A stretch of 64,000 nt of DNA from a virus (taxonomy: Duplodnaviria > Caudoviricetes): positions 1-64,000 of IMG/VR virus record IMGVR_UViG_3300017911_000967. The stretch is one strand, 5' to 3'. Below the pieces are notes generated by a model. That model was not told the origin of the DNA. It saw only the letters and a list, made by a program, of their open reading frames with translations, and searched no databases. Position 1 is the stretch's first letter; the number at the start of each line of letters is the position of its first letter. The translations under genes were made by a program, and so were the position numbers. Below are positions 27,019 through 37,578 of this stretch, in pieces.

Positions 27019-27532
27019 CACGTTTTTTGCGTTTCTTGAACGCAGGCATCTTTTTGAGGGGTTTCTTGGACTTGACGCGTTGCGCAGCCTTGGGCATGAT
27101 ACCCTTTGCGGTGAGTTCGTTCTCTGTCCAGATCTCGAAGTGGTACCCACGATCCTTGGCGTACTCGACCGCTGCCTTCCACTTGGACTGATTCTTGATG
27201 TAGGTGAGACCCTCAGTCATGAGTGTCTGTCGGGACTTTCCCTGTTTCTTCTCTGGTCTCTTAGTCTCCTTGGCGGGTTTGACCTCAACCAACACCACAC
27301 GACCGGACTTATATTTGATCACAAAGTCGACGAAGTATCGATGAGGTTTCTTGTCGGTCTCGCAGATGTAGGGTATGACCAACTCCTCAGAGACCCACTG
27401 GACCACGTCTGAGTTCTTGTCGCACCACATCATCACATACTTCTCCCACCCCGAGCGGTAGACGATCTCGTTCACGTCGCCTGCGTACTTCTGTGGTTTG
27501 GTGGGTTTGTACTTCCCCTTATACGTTTTCAT
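27014..27532 (-). CDS. 4: head completion nuclease gp4 (TnsA-like endonuclease fold)
   Basis: YKGKYKP..PQKY.GD...IVYRSGWE, HRYFVDF, VEVKP, N..KW.AA. Confidence 0.92.
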   Translation of the reverse strand: MKTYKGKYKPTKPQKYAGDVNEIVYRSGWEKYVMMWCDKNSDVVQWVSEELVIPYICETDKKPHRYFVDFVIKYKSGRVVLVEVKPAKETKRPEKKQGKSRQTLMTEGLTYIKNQSKWKAAVEYAKDRGYHFEIWTENELTAKGIMPKAAQRVKSKKPLKKMPAFKKRKKRV

Positions 27533-28112
27533 AACGTCTGAGTAGGACCATACAGTTGAGTCGGTCAGTAGAGGGGTAGTAGAACTCTCGCACCTTGCGG
27601 TATGGGAAGTCCTCTCTGGCCAGTTGGTTGTCGATGACTGACTTGGGATATAGGTCACCCATACATCGGACGTAGTCGTCCACCAACATCCACTCGACAC
27701 CCGCATCGGCACATAGGTCCATGTCCTGAATCATTCCTTTGGGTGTATGGTCCCCATCAATGAAAATCATATCATACCCAGACACGTCGTCGGGAATGAG
27801 TTGGTGTGAGTCGCACTGAGTGAACTGGAATCGACCCTTGAACTTTTCCTTCATCTTCCACGCATTGACCTCTGTATGTGGGTATTGTCCTATGTCTGTG
27901 GAGTGTATTCGGACATGGCGATCGACAGACAGGAACGTGTACGCACTGTGACCGAAGTTGAATCCGATCTCAAAGATGGTCTTGGTTTGCGTCATAGATA
28001 GTATACTCGCAAACGCCAGACACGTCTTGTTGTCAGGCAGGACGTGACCCTCTATGGTCTCCCATCCCTCAGTCAGGAATTTAGTCTCTTCTACTAGGTT
28101 CATCGATTTCAT
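27519..28112 (-). CDS. class I SAM-dependent methyltransferase (Methyltransf_24-like)
   Basis: EIGFNFGHSA, DMIFIDGDH, LVDDY. Confidence 0.82.
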   Translation of the reverse strand: MKSMNLVEETKFLTEGWETIEGHVLPDNKTCLAFASILSMTQTKTIFEIGFNFGHSAYTFLSVDRHVRIHSTDIGQYPHTEVNAWKMKEKFKGRFQFTQCDSHQLIPDDVSGYDMIFIDGDHTPKGMIQDMDLCADAGVEWMLVDDYVRCMGDLYPKSVIDNQLAREDFPYRKVREFYYPSTDRLNCMVLLRRYENV

Positions 28113-28113
28113 G

Positions 28114-28138
28114 TATAAATAGTGTAACGATATTTATA
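28114..28138. promoter_or_regulatory. two face-to-face late promoters for divergent operons
   Basis: TATAAATA(+) 28114-28121 and TATAAATA(-) 28131-28138. Confidence 0.75.
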
Positions 28139-28156
28139 GAACCACGAGACACTTCT

Positions 28157-29143
28157 ATGTCAGAGACAACTGAAAAGCCTTTAAAGTATCCCTATCACAG
28201 AGAGGGAAGATATCCGGCGTGTATTAAATTCGAGATTAAGGAACAGAAAGGGACGGTCATTGAAGGACTCCCGAATCTTCTAGGTGATCTGAAGGGTAAG
28301 TTTGATTTGTTTACTGCTGCTGTCGGAGGTGATCCGGAAAAAGTAGAGGAAGCGCGTAAAGCACTAGAGGCCGATGAAGCGAATAGAAATGCAAGTGACG
28401 GGAGTGATGTAGTCACTGCTTATGAAAGAACTGCGGTCACTTCAGGGATCAAGATATACCTTCCTCAAGGGTTTGCAACAAATGATGCATTACAGTATTC
28501 AAACGTAGACCTTGGCATGACTGGAGCTGCAGGATTAAATGCATTTAATAATGGTGCAGGTTTCATGGGATCGGTCATGGAGATGCTTGAGACGGGGTTT
28601 GGTTCTTTGACCGACGCGACAGGTAACGGACAAGATCTCGCACAACTTACAATCGCCCGTAATGCAAAGGGCATCATGGGAAAATTTTTACCAGATGAAT
28701 TGAATCTGGCTCTTCAGATGACCTCAGCAGTAACAGTCAACCCGAATACTCGTGCAATGTTTAAGGGTGTTGGTCTACGAACGTTTCAATTTCAGTTTAA
28801 GTTTCTACCCGTCTCAGAAATTGAAGCGAAAGAGGTGGAGGCTATCATTAAAAGATTCCGTCAACATGCGTATCCAGAATCGATACAATCGGGAGCTATT
28901 TCCGCAGGTTACAAATACCCTCATCTGTTTAATATAACACTCACTGTTAACGGTAAACCTATCGGGACCAGAATCAAAACATGCGTACTAGAATCGATCA
29001 GTACTAGTTACAATGCGAGTTCTATGGCGTGGCATGAAAGTGAGAGTGAAAATAGGGCATATGCATCCGAGTATGATCTATCACTCTCCTTCCGCGAAGA
29101 GGTCGCACTAAACGCAAGAGATGTCAGAGATGAGGGATTCTAA
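28157..29143 (+). CDS. 48: baseplate tail-tube cap gp48
   Basis: IYLP, NPN...MFKGV.LRTFQFQFKF.P.S..EA..V..I...F. Confidence 0.85.
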   Translation: MSETTEKPLKYPYHREGRYPACIKFEIKEQKGTVIEGLPNLLGDLKGKFDLFTAAVGGDPEKVEEARKALEADEANRNASDGSDVVTAYERTAVTSGIKIYLPQGFATNDALQYSNVDLGMTGAAGLNAFNNGAGFMGSVMEMLETGFGSLTDATGNGQDLAQLTIARNAKGIMGKFLPDELNLALQMTSAVTVNPNTRAMFKGVGLRTFQFQFKFLPVSEIEAKEVEAIIKRFRQHAYPESIQSGAISAGYKYPHLFNITLTVNGKPIGTRIKTCVLESISTSYNASSMAWHESESENRAYASEYDLSLSFREEVALNARDVRDEGF

Positions 29144-29862
29144 TGTATTTTAAAAACTTCCCAGTAGGGTTTTATGAGTTCGAAGGCGGAAAGGCGATTA
29201 CGCAAGACCTAACCAAATACGTAGAGGTTGTGGATCAGGTTCGTCAGAACGCATCATTCTATCAGGACTACTACATCCAACACGGCGAACGTCCAGACCA
29301 CGTTGCATATAAACTCTATGATAACCCTCAGTTACACTGGACTCTGTATCTCCTCAATCCGCAAATACGTGAGTCTGGGTGGCCACTCACAGACCTAGAG
29401 ATTCTTGCCAAGGTCAAGAAAGACTACCCACACACCGTAATCAACACGACGACCGACATCACCGATAAGTTCAAGGTCGGTCAGATCGTCACAGGTCAAC
29501 GATCTGGTGCAGGCGGTGTCATTGTTGATAAGAACGTCGATCTGGGTCAACTCGTTATTGAAACAAGCGATACATTCAAGAACGACGGTGCACCAGAGTC
29601 TATTACGTCGGTGGTCGGAGAACAGATCGAGACGGTCGAGGCGCAGTCATCTGTCCCTCAGTATCTGTCTACTCGCCACTATCTACAGGACGGTGAAGTC
29701 ATCACCAGTTGGATCGATCTACAACCAACACCATCTGAGACCATCGTGACACACTATGACTTTTATGTCAAGTCCAATAATCAATTGAAACAGATCTCCG
29801 TCATTCGTCCCCAGTCTATTCGTCAGGTCGTAGGTGCGGTGGTCGACGCGTTGCAAGCATGA
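29143..29862 (+). CDS. 53: baseplate wedge protein gp53
   Basis: MYFKNFP, GERPD..AYKLY....LHW (LysM-like), WP. Confidence 0.88.
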   Translation: MYFKNFPVGFYEFEGGKAITQDLTKYVEVVDQVRQNASFYQDYYIQHGERPDHVAYKLYDNPQLHWTLYLLNPQIRESGWPLTDLEILAKVKKDYPHTVINTTTDITDKFKVGQIVTGQRSGAGGVIVDKNVDLGQLVIETSDTFKNDGAPESITSVVGEQIETVEAQSSVPQYLSTRHYLQDGEVITSWIDLQPTPSETIVTHYDFYVKSNNQLKQISVIRPQSIRQVVGAVVDALQA

Positions 29863-31217
29863 GTAATCCAAGTCAAGAAATAGAAACGATCTTCAAGTTC
29901 GACACCTTGGAGATCACTGCCAGTTGGGACCCAGAGGTCAAGATAGACTTAAAGACAGTCATGTCTGACCTTGATCTGTTCGAACACTTGGACAAACCGT
30001 GGATGACGGGTCTACTCGCAATCGAGGATACGTCCGACATTCTATCGGGTATGGGTCTCGGTTCAAACGATCGTGTTGAGGTCAAGATCAGTCGTACCGA
30101 AGATCCGATCGGAGTTTTCTGCCACAAGTTCTTTCGCGTCGATAAGATCATCGAGAAGATCAATCGCGGACTCAACGAGAACACACAGGTTGTTCTACTT
30201 CACTTGATCGAAGAGATCTGGTACGAGTCTAACGCAATCAATGTCAATAAGTCATTCGAAGGTAAGCCGGTTGAGATCATTCAGGCGATCTCTGATACCT
30301 ACCTCACCAATCGTATCGTGGTTGACTATAAGACAACCGTGCAGGACATGAAAGTCATTGTTCCGAACATGACTCCGTTGGATGCTATCGCATGGATCAA
30401 GAACCGTGCGACCACCGAAAAGGGATATCCACTCTTTGTCTATTCTGCGATGCCATCGTCGGGTGATAAAGAATTTTTCTGGTGCATGGACCTTGAGTAC
30501 ATGTTGAAGTTAGATCCGTGGACCGGAAACGATCCATTCAACAACTTTGCCTCTTCTCAGATCAGTCGTGGTCAAGCTCAGCGTCGTACTATCAAGACAT
30601 ACGAACATAAGTCGTCCGAAGATCTCGCACCTCTCATGGAACAAGGTCTTATCGGTGCGCACCACCAGTTCATAGATGTCACTGATATGAAGGTCAATCC
30701 GGTCGACTACAATCATGAAACCGATATGAACGATCTGCTCACAGAACGCGGTATGAAAGGCCGCCCGGTTCTTCCTTCTTATTATGAAGTGAACGGTAAA
30801 AAACTCACTGAGATGGCGAGTAAAAACAAAACCAAAGGTAATCGTGTTATCACCACTATCGGTGGAACCAATGCCTATAAAGGTATCAACACAATCGACG
30901 AACGCGATAAAACCTCTCTCTATAAAACAAGACCACTCTCTAACGCATTCAAATCTCTTCTTGCTTATGATACTCTGGTTGCGGTTGTGGATGGATATGA
31001 TTTCACAGTACCCCAAAACCTCAACACAATCGGTCGCGTCATGTCTTTTCTCTTCATGTCGACACAATCTAATCCAGAGACAATCAGAGAACAGTTCGAT
31101 AAACAGAAGACAGGCAACTATCTTGTATACGCTGCCAAACACTCATTTAAATCTGAAGGGTATGACGTAACACTCACTGCTGTCAAACTCACACATGGTG
31201 AATACAATGATTCCTAA
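29859..31217 (+). CDS. baseplate hub protein (gp27-like position)
   Basis: Between gp53 and gp5; LFE.L..P..TG, P...P..AI.WI, G.YLV....H.F. Confidence 0.55.
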   Translation: MSNPSQEIETIFKFDTLEITASWDPEVKIDLKTVMSDLDLFEHLDKPWMTGLLAIEDTSDILSGMGLGSNDRVEVKISRTEDPIGVFCHKFFRVDKIIEKINRGLNENTQVVLLHLIEEIWYESNAINVNKSFEGKPVEIIQAISDTYLTNRIVVDYKTTVQDMKVIVPNMTPLDAIAWIKNRATTEKGYPLFVYSAMPSSGDKEFFWCMDLEYMLKLDPWTGNDPFNNFASSQISRGQAQRRTIKTYEHKSSEDLAPLMEQGLIGAHHQFIDVTDMKVNPVDYNHETDMNDLLTERGMKGRPVLPSYYEVNGKKLTEMASKNKTKGNRVITTIGGTNAYKGINTIDERDKTSLYKTRPLSNAFKSLLAYDTLVAVVDGYDFTVPQNLNTIGRVMSFLFMSTQSNPETIREQFDKQKTGNYLVYAAKHSFKSEGYDVTLTAVKLTHGEYNDS

Positions 31218-31950
31218 ACAATTCCTTGAATACTATGGAGACCAAACACGATGGTTCCTTGGAGAGGTTGTCAATGTAAAGGATGATCCTCTCCAGATAG
31301 GACGTGTTCGCGTAAAGATTTTTGGAGTCTATGACGAAATCGATGAACCAGATCTCCCTTGGGCACAGGTAGTCATACCTGTAACACATGGTGTGTCGTC
31401 GTATGGGAAGGAAGAAACCGAAGAACCAACCCTCGCCAATGCTTTTGGTAAGTTCGGTAAGACTTCAGTCTCTCAGGAACCACTAGGACAGTACCTTGGT
31501 CTGTTAGTGGGTACTCACGTGTTCGGTATCTTTCTGGATGGTAAGGATTCACAACTCCCGCTGGTTCTAGGGTCACTGCCAAAGAAAGGTGATAATAATC
31601 AACGTGCTACAGAAAACTATCCCCATAATAAGATCTATCAAACCGAACAAGGACACTTCAAAGAGTATGATGATACACCTGAGAACACGCGCATTAGAGA
31701 ACAACACATGTCAGGCACATATACCGAAATGGAACATGACGGCAGTATGCGCACTGAGGTTCAGAAAGACCAGTATATACGCGTTAAGGGTGATGTAACG
31801 ATTAAAGGTGATCAGGATGCATCTATAACCATCGAAGGAAACTGCAACATTAATGTGACAGGTGATGCGACGATTACAGGGAAGAACGTCTCAGTGACCG
31901 CAGAGGAAAAGGCAACGGTACGTGCAGGCGGTAAGGTGGTTCTGGGATGA
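31207..31950 (+). CDS. 5: baseplate spike gp5 (OB fold plus short beta-helix, no lysozyme domain)
   Basis: WF.GEV..V.DDPL..GRVRV...G, LPWA, VFG.FLDG...Q.P..LG, YPHNK...T..GH..EYDDTP. Confidence 0.85.
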   Translation: MIPKQFLEYYGDQTRWFLGEVVNVKDDPLQIGRVRVKIFGVYDEIDEPDLPWAQVVIPVTHGVSSYGKEETEEPTLANAFGKFGKTSVSQEPLGQYLGLLVGTHVFGIFLDGKDSQLPLVLGSLPKKGDNNQRATENYPHNKIYQTEQGHFKEYDDTPENTRIREQHMSGTYTEMEHDGSMRTEVQKDQYIRVKGDVTIKGDQDASITIEGNCNINVTGDATITGKNVSVTAEEKATVRAGGKVVLG

Positions 31951-33488
31951 CCTCAGTAGCACTCCCGTGTCCGTCCGGTGGACTGCCGAAGAAGGCAGAC
32001 CTCACGAATATGTTTAACCAGATCACTGCGATTCCTAGCGACATACAGGCAGAGATCGATAAACTCAGACACCAGACGATTCGGGATGGTAAGGAGACGT
32101 TGGACCGCATAAGGAATCTCGAAGAAGAGATGGCGGTCCTTGCGGGTGAGGAACGTGCGCGAGTTCAGGCTCAGATAGACGAACTAAAGAACTCCCCCGA
32201 TCCGTTTGGTATTGTATCAGAGATTGAGGACACTGTCAAGGATATTGAAGAGACTATTGAGAATGTGACTGATCTATTCTCTCCTTGGTGGCAGAAGGGT
32301 AATATCAGACAACTAGAGAAGGAAGCGGAAGACGCCTTCACGGAACTCACACAGGAGTTTCATATCTTTGTCCCCGTCAAGATGATGGAGATGATCAGTA
32401 AGATTATTCCGGTTGAGTTCACTGTCCCTGTACTAGGACTCTCTATTGATGTATTGAAAATAAGTGACGGGGATTATCAAGAGAAACTCAAGGCGCAGAT
32501 CGCAGGTACTAGTGAAGAGTATACCACAAAGTTAAAGGAGTTGCAAGCGGATTTCAAGTCAGGGAAACTCGAACAGGATGCGTATGACTCTGCGTTAGGA
32601 CTCTTAGAGGATGAGAAGGCTGCGGTCATCGATAAGTTCTATTCGCTCGTTCCCGAACAGTATCGTTACTTCGACGGTGAGTTTGGTGTGGAGTGTGCGG
32701 AGTGGAAGGCGAAACTCACGTGGTCTTATATTAAAAACGAGATCATGGAGTGGGTCACTAACTCTCTGTTCAAACTATTCGATAAACTGATCGGTAAGTT
32801 CAAAGAGATATGGGACGCACTGGGTCTGCCCGACTTACCTGTCCCTCTTTCTTTTGATGTGGCTGAATGGGTACGTTCAGGTATTGACGCCGTCATCGCA
32901 AAGAAAGACAAAGAGATGCAACGCATACGAGATGATATAACACAGTTGGAGTCAGATGTCAAGAACTTTGATGCGAAAAAAGAACTCGAAGATCAACTCG
33001 ACTCGATACAGAATGATATTATCACAGAGATAGGGGAGTTGTCAATACCTTTGCCGTCACCTTTTAACATTAGTATTAACGATATGATGGGAGGAGAGAT
33101 CGAAGGTAAGGTGCAGTGTCTGGAAGATAAGATACACCAGATGGTCACAGCAGCGAGAGACTGGAAGACAATCACTATGAAGGAACTGTTCAACATCTGG
33201 TTACGTAAGATCAAGAAGTTCCTGTCTGCGATCGGACTGGGGAAACTGCTGGACTTCCTAGACCTTACACTGTGTGATGTCATGGGACTGGTGGGGTTGC
33301 CGATGGAGATAGAGATCCCTCTACCGGACCTCTCCATTATAGGAGGGGGCCCCCTACTTATGGCGCTTGAAAGGGTCCCCCACGATATGGGGGGTTTACA
33401 ACTCCCAAGTTTAGATGACATCAAAATCCCCGATACAGAAAACATGACCGAAGAAGAATTCCAAGAATTTATCGATGGTCTGGTATAA
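31947..33488 (+). CDS. hypothetical helical protein (513 aa) at the post-gp5 position
   Basis: Long ORF with coiled-coil and amphipathic segments. Confidence 0.7.
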   Translation: MTSVALPCPSGGLPKKADLTNMFNQITAIPSDIQAEIDKLRHQTIRDGKETLDRIRNLEEEMAVLAGEERARVQAQIDELKNSPDPFGIVSEIEDTVKDIEETIENVTDLFSPWWQKGNIRQLEKEAEDAFTELTQEFHIFVPVKMMEMISKIIPVEFTVPVLGLSIDVLKISDGDYQEKLKAQIAGTSEEYTTKLKELQADFKSGKLEQDAYDSALGLLEDEKAAVIDKFYSLVPEQYRYFDGEFGVECAEWKAKLTWSYIKNEIMEWVTNSLFKLFDKLIGKFKEIWDALGLPDLPVPLSFDVAEWVRSGIDAVIAKKDKEMQRIRDDITQLESDVKNFDAKKELEDQLDSIQNDIITEIGELSIPLPSPFNISINDMMGGEIEGKVQCLEDKIHQMVTAARDWKTITMKELFNIWLRKIKKFLSAIGLGKLLDFLDLTLCDVMGLVGLPMEIEIPLPDLSIIGGGPLLMALERVPHDMGGLQLPSLDDIKIPDTENMTEEEFQEFIDGLV

Positions 33489-33491
33489 ATA
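33484..33491 (+). promoter_or_regulatory. late promoter
   Basis: TATAAATA upstream of gp25. Confidence 0.75.
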
Positions 33492-33518
33492 GAACAAAAC
33501 ACATTTCAGAGATCCACA

Positions 33519-33962
33519 ATGGCGACCACAGTATTCTCATTAGAAGACAAGGACATTACCAAGCGTCCTATTACAAGTTCAAGTGCAGCGGAGAACTCCG
33601 ACCTAGACTTGTCCTTTAGTGTGACCCCAAAAGGAAACCTCTATAAGAAAACGTCGGTTGCATCCGTGAAACAGTCTATAAGAAAACTGTTGTTAACCAA
33701 TCGCGGTGATATTCCGTTTCAACCATTGTTAGGCGCAGACCTGAATCGTATTCTCTTTGAACTCTCTGCGGATCTAGATGAAGATGACATTGAAACGATT
33801 GTGACTGAGACGATACGACGTTACGAACCACGTGTGGGTAAGTTAGAGGTGAGAGCAGATATGAGAGAAGATCAGAATGCATTGACCTTATACATTGTGT
33901 TTCAGATTGTAGAGAATTTAAGAACAGAGACGATGGAAGTGTCCATCTCAAGGATACGATAA
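33519..33962 (+). CDS. 25: baseplate wedge protein gp25
   Basis: SDLDLSF, SVKQSI..LLLT..G..PF.P..G, LFE, YEPRV. Confidence 0.9.
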   Translation: MATTVFSLEDKDITKRPITSSSAAENSDLDLSFSVTPKGNLYKKTSVASVKQSIRKLLLTNRGDIPFQPLLGADLNRILFELSADLDEDDIETIVTETIRRYEPRVGKLEVRADMREDQNALTLYIVFQIVENLRTETMEVSISRIR

Positions 33963-35782
33963 TGGCAGTGAAGACAACCAACCTAGACTTTTTAGAGATC
34001 AAACAAAGTCTAAAACAACACTTTAAGAAGTATGATGACTATAAGGACTATGACTTTGAAGGTTCGGGTCTCGCAAGTATTATGGATGTACTTGCCTATA
34101 ATACTCATGTGAATGGTTTAATCGCGAACATGGCGATCAATGAGTCATTTCTTAGTTCGTCACAATTACGTTCCAGTGCAGTCAGTCATGCGGAGACTCT
34201 GGGGTACACACCGAAGAGTAATACGGCATCGACGGCATACCTAGATCTCAGACTCACCACCGATACGAGTTCTATTCCTCAAAAAACCGTTCCGGGCGCG
34301 CCCAAAAAAATCGCGAAAGGACATGCATTCTTCGCAGAGGTGGGGGATACATCATACCGATTCGTAGCAACCGATGATACTTCGGCCGTCGGTAATGTAT
34401 TCTCAGACGGGACAATCATCTATGACTGGACAGGCATCGAAGTCAAGGAAGGAACCTATCGCGAAAAAACCTTTTTAGTTTCATCCGAAACAGATGCCGT
34501 GTATGTTATACCAGATGTCAACGTAGACGTGTCTACAATGGTCGTCACGGTCTCGGAGAACGCAACTACCGATGAAGAGGTGTCATACTCTAACATCCTG
34601 TCAGTCGCAAGTATCACTCCAGACTCGCGTGTCTATATGATCAAGGAGATCTCGAACGGATACTACGAGATGTTCTTCTCTGACGGTAATGTATTAGGAC
34701 AGGCGCCCGCAGTGGGTTCGGTCATTAGAGTCTCATACCTACAGACACTGGGTGAGAAGTCAAACGGTGCGGTGAACTTCAGTGCAGATCGTCTAGATGG
34801 TTTACAACTGAGTGTGACGAATACTACAGAAGCAGGCGGAGGTTCTGGTAAGGAATCCCTTGATTCGATTAAACGTAACGCACCAAGAGCGTTTGCTGCA
34901 CAACAACGTTTGGTGACTGCCGAAGATTATGCGGCAATGATTCAATCGAACTACGGAAACGATATTCAGAATGTGATCGCATGGGGTGGTGCAGATAACC
35001 AGCCACCACAGTATGGTAAAGTATTTGTCAGTCTAGATTTTTATGATGGGGTCCCATCTCAGAGACAAGACGCTGTAAAGGAATCCATTATATCAGATTT
35101 GACTTCGCATCTTTCTATTATGTCAATAGACACAGAGTTTGTCAACCCAGAGAAGACTTATCTCGAAATCAATACGGTTTTCCAGTTAGACGCAGTCTCT
35201 AAGATTGATACGCCCGAAGGACAAGCGAGTACGGTCATGCAGTTTATTGTTGACTATGTAAAAGACAACCTTGGAACCTTTGGTTCGGTATTCCGTCGTT
35301 CCAATCTACTCAGTGAGATTGACTCTATCCATCCTAGTATACTCAACTCGCGTATGGTGGTCAAGGGTCAACAACGCATTACTGTGATAGAACCATTACC
35401 AATCAGTCATGTAGTTAACTATCCGTTTGCACTGGCGTCTCCAGACAAGGACACTCATACTGTTACGACATCTTCTTTCTTATGGCAAGGAAAAAATGTT
35501 GTCATTAAAAATGAATTAGGGTCCCATAAATTACAGATCTTTAACCTTGATGGAGATCTAGAGTTTGGTAACATTGGTCATTATGATGAAGCAAAAGGTC
35601 AGGTTCTAATCAGTGCATTAGAAGTACAGACAAACGACCTGCCTGTAGAGATCAAGATCTCAGTAGTCCCAGCAAACTCATCGACCATCCGACCATTACG
35701 TAACTATATCATAGAACTTGATGAGAGTGTGTCGACAACTCGTGCACTTGTTGATGAGGGAACAATTAAGGTCTCACTATAA
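33962..35782 (+). CDS. 6: baseplate wedge protein gp6
   Basis: [51 protein letters not shown]. Confidence 0.93.
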   Translation: MAVKTTNLDFLEIKQSLKQHFKKYDDYKDYDFEGSGLASIMDVLAYNTHVNGLIANMAINESFLSSSQLRSSAVSHAETLGYTPKSNTASTAYLDLRLTTDTSSIPQKTVPGAPKKIAKGHAFFAEVGDTSYRFVATDDTSAVGNVFSDGTIIYDWTGIEVKEGTYREKTFLVSSETDAVYVIPDVNVDVSTMVVTVSENATTDEEVSYSNILSVASITPDSRVYMIKEISNGYYEMFFSDGNVLGQAPAVGSVIRVSYLQTLGEKSNGAVNFSADRLDGLQLSVTNTTEAGGGSGKESLDSIKRNAPRAFAAQQRLVTAEDYAAMIQSNYGNDIQNVIAWGGADNQPPQYGKVFVSLDFYDGVPSQRQDAVKESIISDLTSHLSIMSIDTEFVNPEKTYLEINTVFQLDAVSKIDTPEGQASTVMQFIVDYVKDNLGTFGSVFRRSNLLSEIDSIHPSILNSRMVVKGQQRITVIEPLPISHVVNYPFALASPDKDTHTVTTSSFLWQGKNVVIKNELGSHKLQIFNLDGDLEFGNIGHYDEAKGQVLISALEVQTNDLPVEIKISVVPANSSTIRPLRNYIIELDESVSTTRALVDEGTIKVSL

Positions 35783-37542
35783 TGGCGATACAAATCGACG
35801 ACCGTCGAAATCATGTTGCGTTACATTCGAATACGGTAAGGAATGCGCTACCTGAATTCTTCGTTGAACAATACCCAGAGTTTATTCAGTTCCTTGAAAG
35901 ATACTACGAGTATATGGAAGGGAACGAGAGTGGTTCGTTTTCAAAACAGATACAGTCATTATATAATGTACGTACTATCAGTAGCATCAACGGGTCCCAT
36001 CTAGACTCACTACTTGCAGAACTTGCAGAAGGGATTCAGTCAGACACATTCTATCAGAACCCTCAGTTGATGGCAAGACTTCTTGCAAACTTTTATCGTG
36101 CGAAGGGTACAGAACAATCGGTAGAACAGTTCTTCCGTGGATTCTTCGGCGACACCGTAGAGATTGACTATCCGAAACGTAACATCTTTATTCTGAACGA
36201 CAAGCCAGGTGGGTCTCTTATCGGACCAGAGAGTGTCAAGTTTATTGTTGACAATAAGAAGTATCAGATCTTCTCTATCTTATTGAAGACGGGAATGAGT
36301 CTCATAGACTACGAAGCAATCTATAAGAAGTTTGCACATCCCGCTGGTTTCTATCTTGCGGCAGAAGTGGCACTATTGTCACATGCGGTCATCGGTGTTC
36401 GTGCGGGTCCTACTACAGATCCACTAGAGACACCGAACTATCCAGTGCCGGTAGGATCAGAAGTGGGTGGTATCAATCTACGTTCTACGTTTGCATTGAT
36501 GACGTTGCGTGAAACGGATCCAGAAGACATCACATTTATTCTAAGTGCGTTAGAGACGTTAGAACGTTATGACGATATTACCATTGAACGTCTTGCAGAG
36601 GTTTATACAACAATCGCAGATTGGGCGTCGACTCGATCGTTCAGAATGAGCAACGATGAGATCCTCATGTCCGAAGACTTCGAGTTACTTGATGGAGGTG
36701 CGGCAGAGACTACGATTGATTTAAGTGTAGGGACTCCTACAAAACTTGAACCACCTCAACCTATGCCGACTCCAGATCCAGAACCTGAACCAGAACCTGA
36801 ACCAGAACCTGAACCAGAGCCGGGTCCAGAACCTGAACCAGAACCTGAACCACAACCTGAACCAGAGGATGATCTGCCGGATAACGTAAGTCATTACAGA
36901 TCGACATACCCAGAGTATTCATGGGAACAGTGGATACCGACTCTTAGGGTTACGGTCAAGTGGAACGATGAAGTGATCTATGATATCACAAATCATGAAG
37001 ACGGTTGGCCTACAAGACTGATTGGTCCAGATGGTCGCATTTATGAACGTGGTGATCAGGAGTCTTCTTATGGAAATGGAAATATGTTTGGTGTACTTCG
37101 TGTGGGTCCAACACCAGAACCGGAACCAGAGCCGGAACCAGAGCCGGAACCACAACCAGAACCACAACCAGAACCACAACCAGAACCTGAACCAGAACCA
37201 CAACCAGAACCTGAACCGCAACCGGAACCTGAGCCGGAACCTGAACCGGAACCTGAACCGGAACCTGAACCAGAACCGGAACCATCGGACATACGATACT
37301 CTAAAGACTCTCCAAGATTCTATTGGTATCATGCAAACTTCTTCGACCCAAGAGATCGGGAGGCTATGGTCTACACGGCAGTCTATTGGGATGATGAGCT
37401 AATATTCTCAGGGAGTGGAATAAATGGAAGATCTTCTTATACTATTGGTGGTGTGACCTATGTGCGTAGAGATCTAAGAGACTCTCAATCATATGGTTCT
37501 CAACAGAATCTGATTGAATGGTACGCCATCGAGAAATCTTAA
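35782..37542 (+). CDS. gp7-like baseplate wedge protein with (PE/PQ)n linkers and two C-terminal repeat domains
   Basis: LPEF....YP.F..FL..YY, FYRAKGT..S...FF..FFG, HPAGF; follows gp6. Confidence 0.7.
   Translation: MAIQIDDRRNHVALHSNTVRNALPEFFVEQYPEFIQFLERYYEYMEGNESGSFSKQIQSLYNVRTISSINGSHLDSLLAELAEGIQSDTFYQNPQLMARLLANFYRAKGTEQSVEQFFRGFFGDTVEIDYPKRNIFILNDKPGGSLIGPESVKFIVDNKKYQIFSILLKTGMSLIDYEAIYKKFAHPAGFYLAAEVALLSHAVIGVRAGPTTDPLETPNYPVPVGSEVGGINLRSTFALMTLRETDPEDITFILSALETLERYDDITIERLAEVYTTIADWASTRSFRMSNDEILMSEDFELLDGGAAETTIDLSVGTPTKLEPPQPMPTPDPEPEPEPEPEPEPEPGPEPEPEPEPQPEPEDDLPDNVSHYRSTYPEYSWEQWIPTLRVTVKWNDEVIYDITNHEDGWPTRLIGPDGRIYERGDQESSYGNGNMFGVLRVGPTPEPEPEPEPEPEPQPEPQPEPQPEPEPEPQPEPEPQPEPEPEPEPEPEPEPEPEPEPSDIRYSKDSPRFYWYHANFFDPRDREAMVYTAVYWDDELIFSGSGINGRSSYTIGGVTYVRRDLRDSQSYGSQQNLIEWYAIEKS
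36760..36866 (+). repeat. Pro-Glu dipeptide repeat linker 1
   Basis: (CCAGAA/CCTGAA)n. Confidence 0.9.
37105..37284 (+). repeat. Pro-Glu/Pro-Gln dipeptide repeat linker 2
   Basis: (CCNGAA/CCACAA)n, about 28 dipeptides. Confidence 0.9.
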
Positions 37543-37578
37543 TAAAAATAAATACTACTATTTTAAAGGGACAGACTA

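Noticed and set aside
27533-27712. N-terminal extension of gp4 in the ORF track (232 aa)
   Set aside because: Overlaps the methyltransferase; gp4 similarity starts at MKTYKGKY (27532)
36919-37402. (RF)n, (GS)n and (NQ)n ORFs in other frames
   Set aside because: Alternative readings of the Pro-Glu linker
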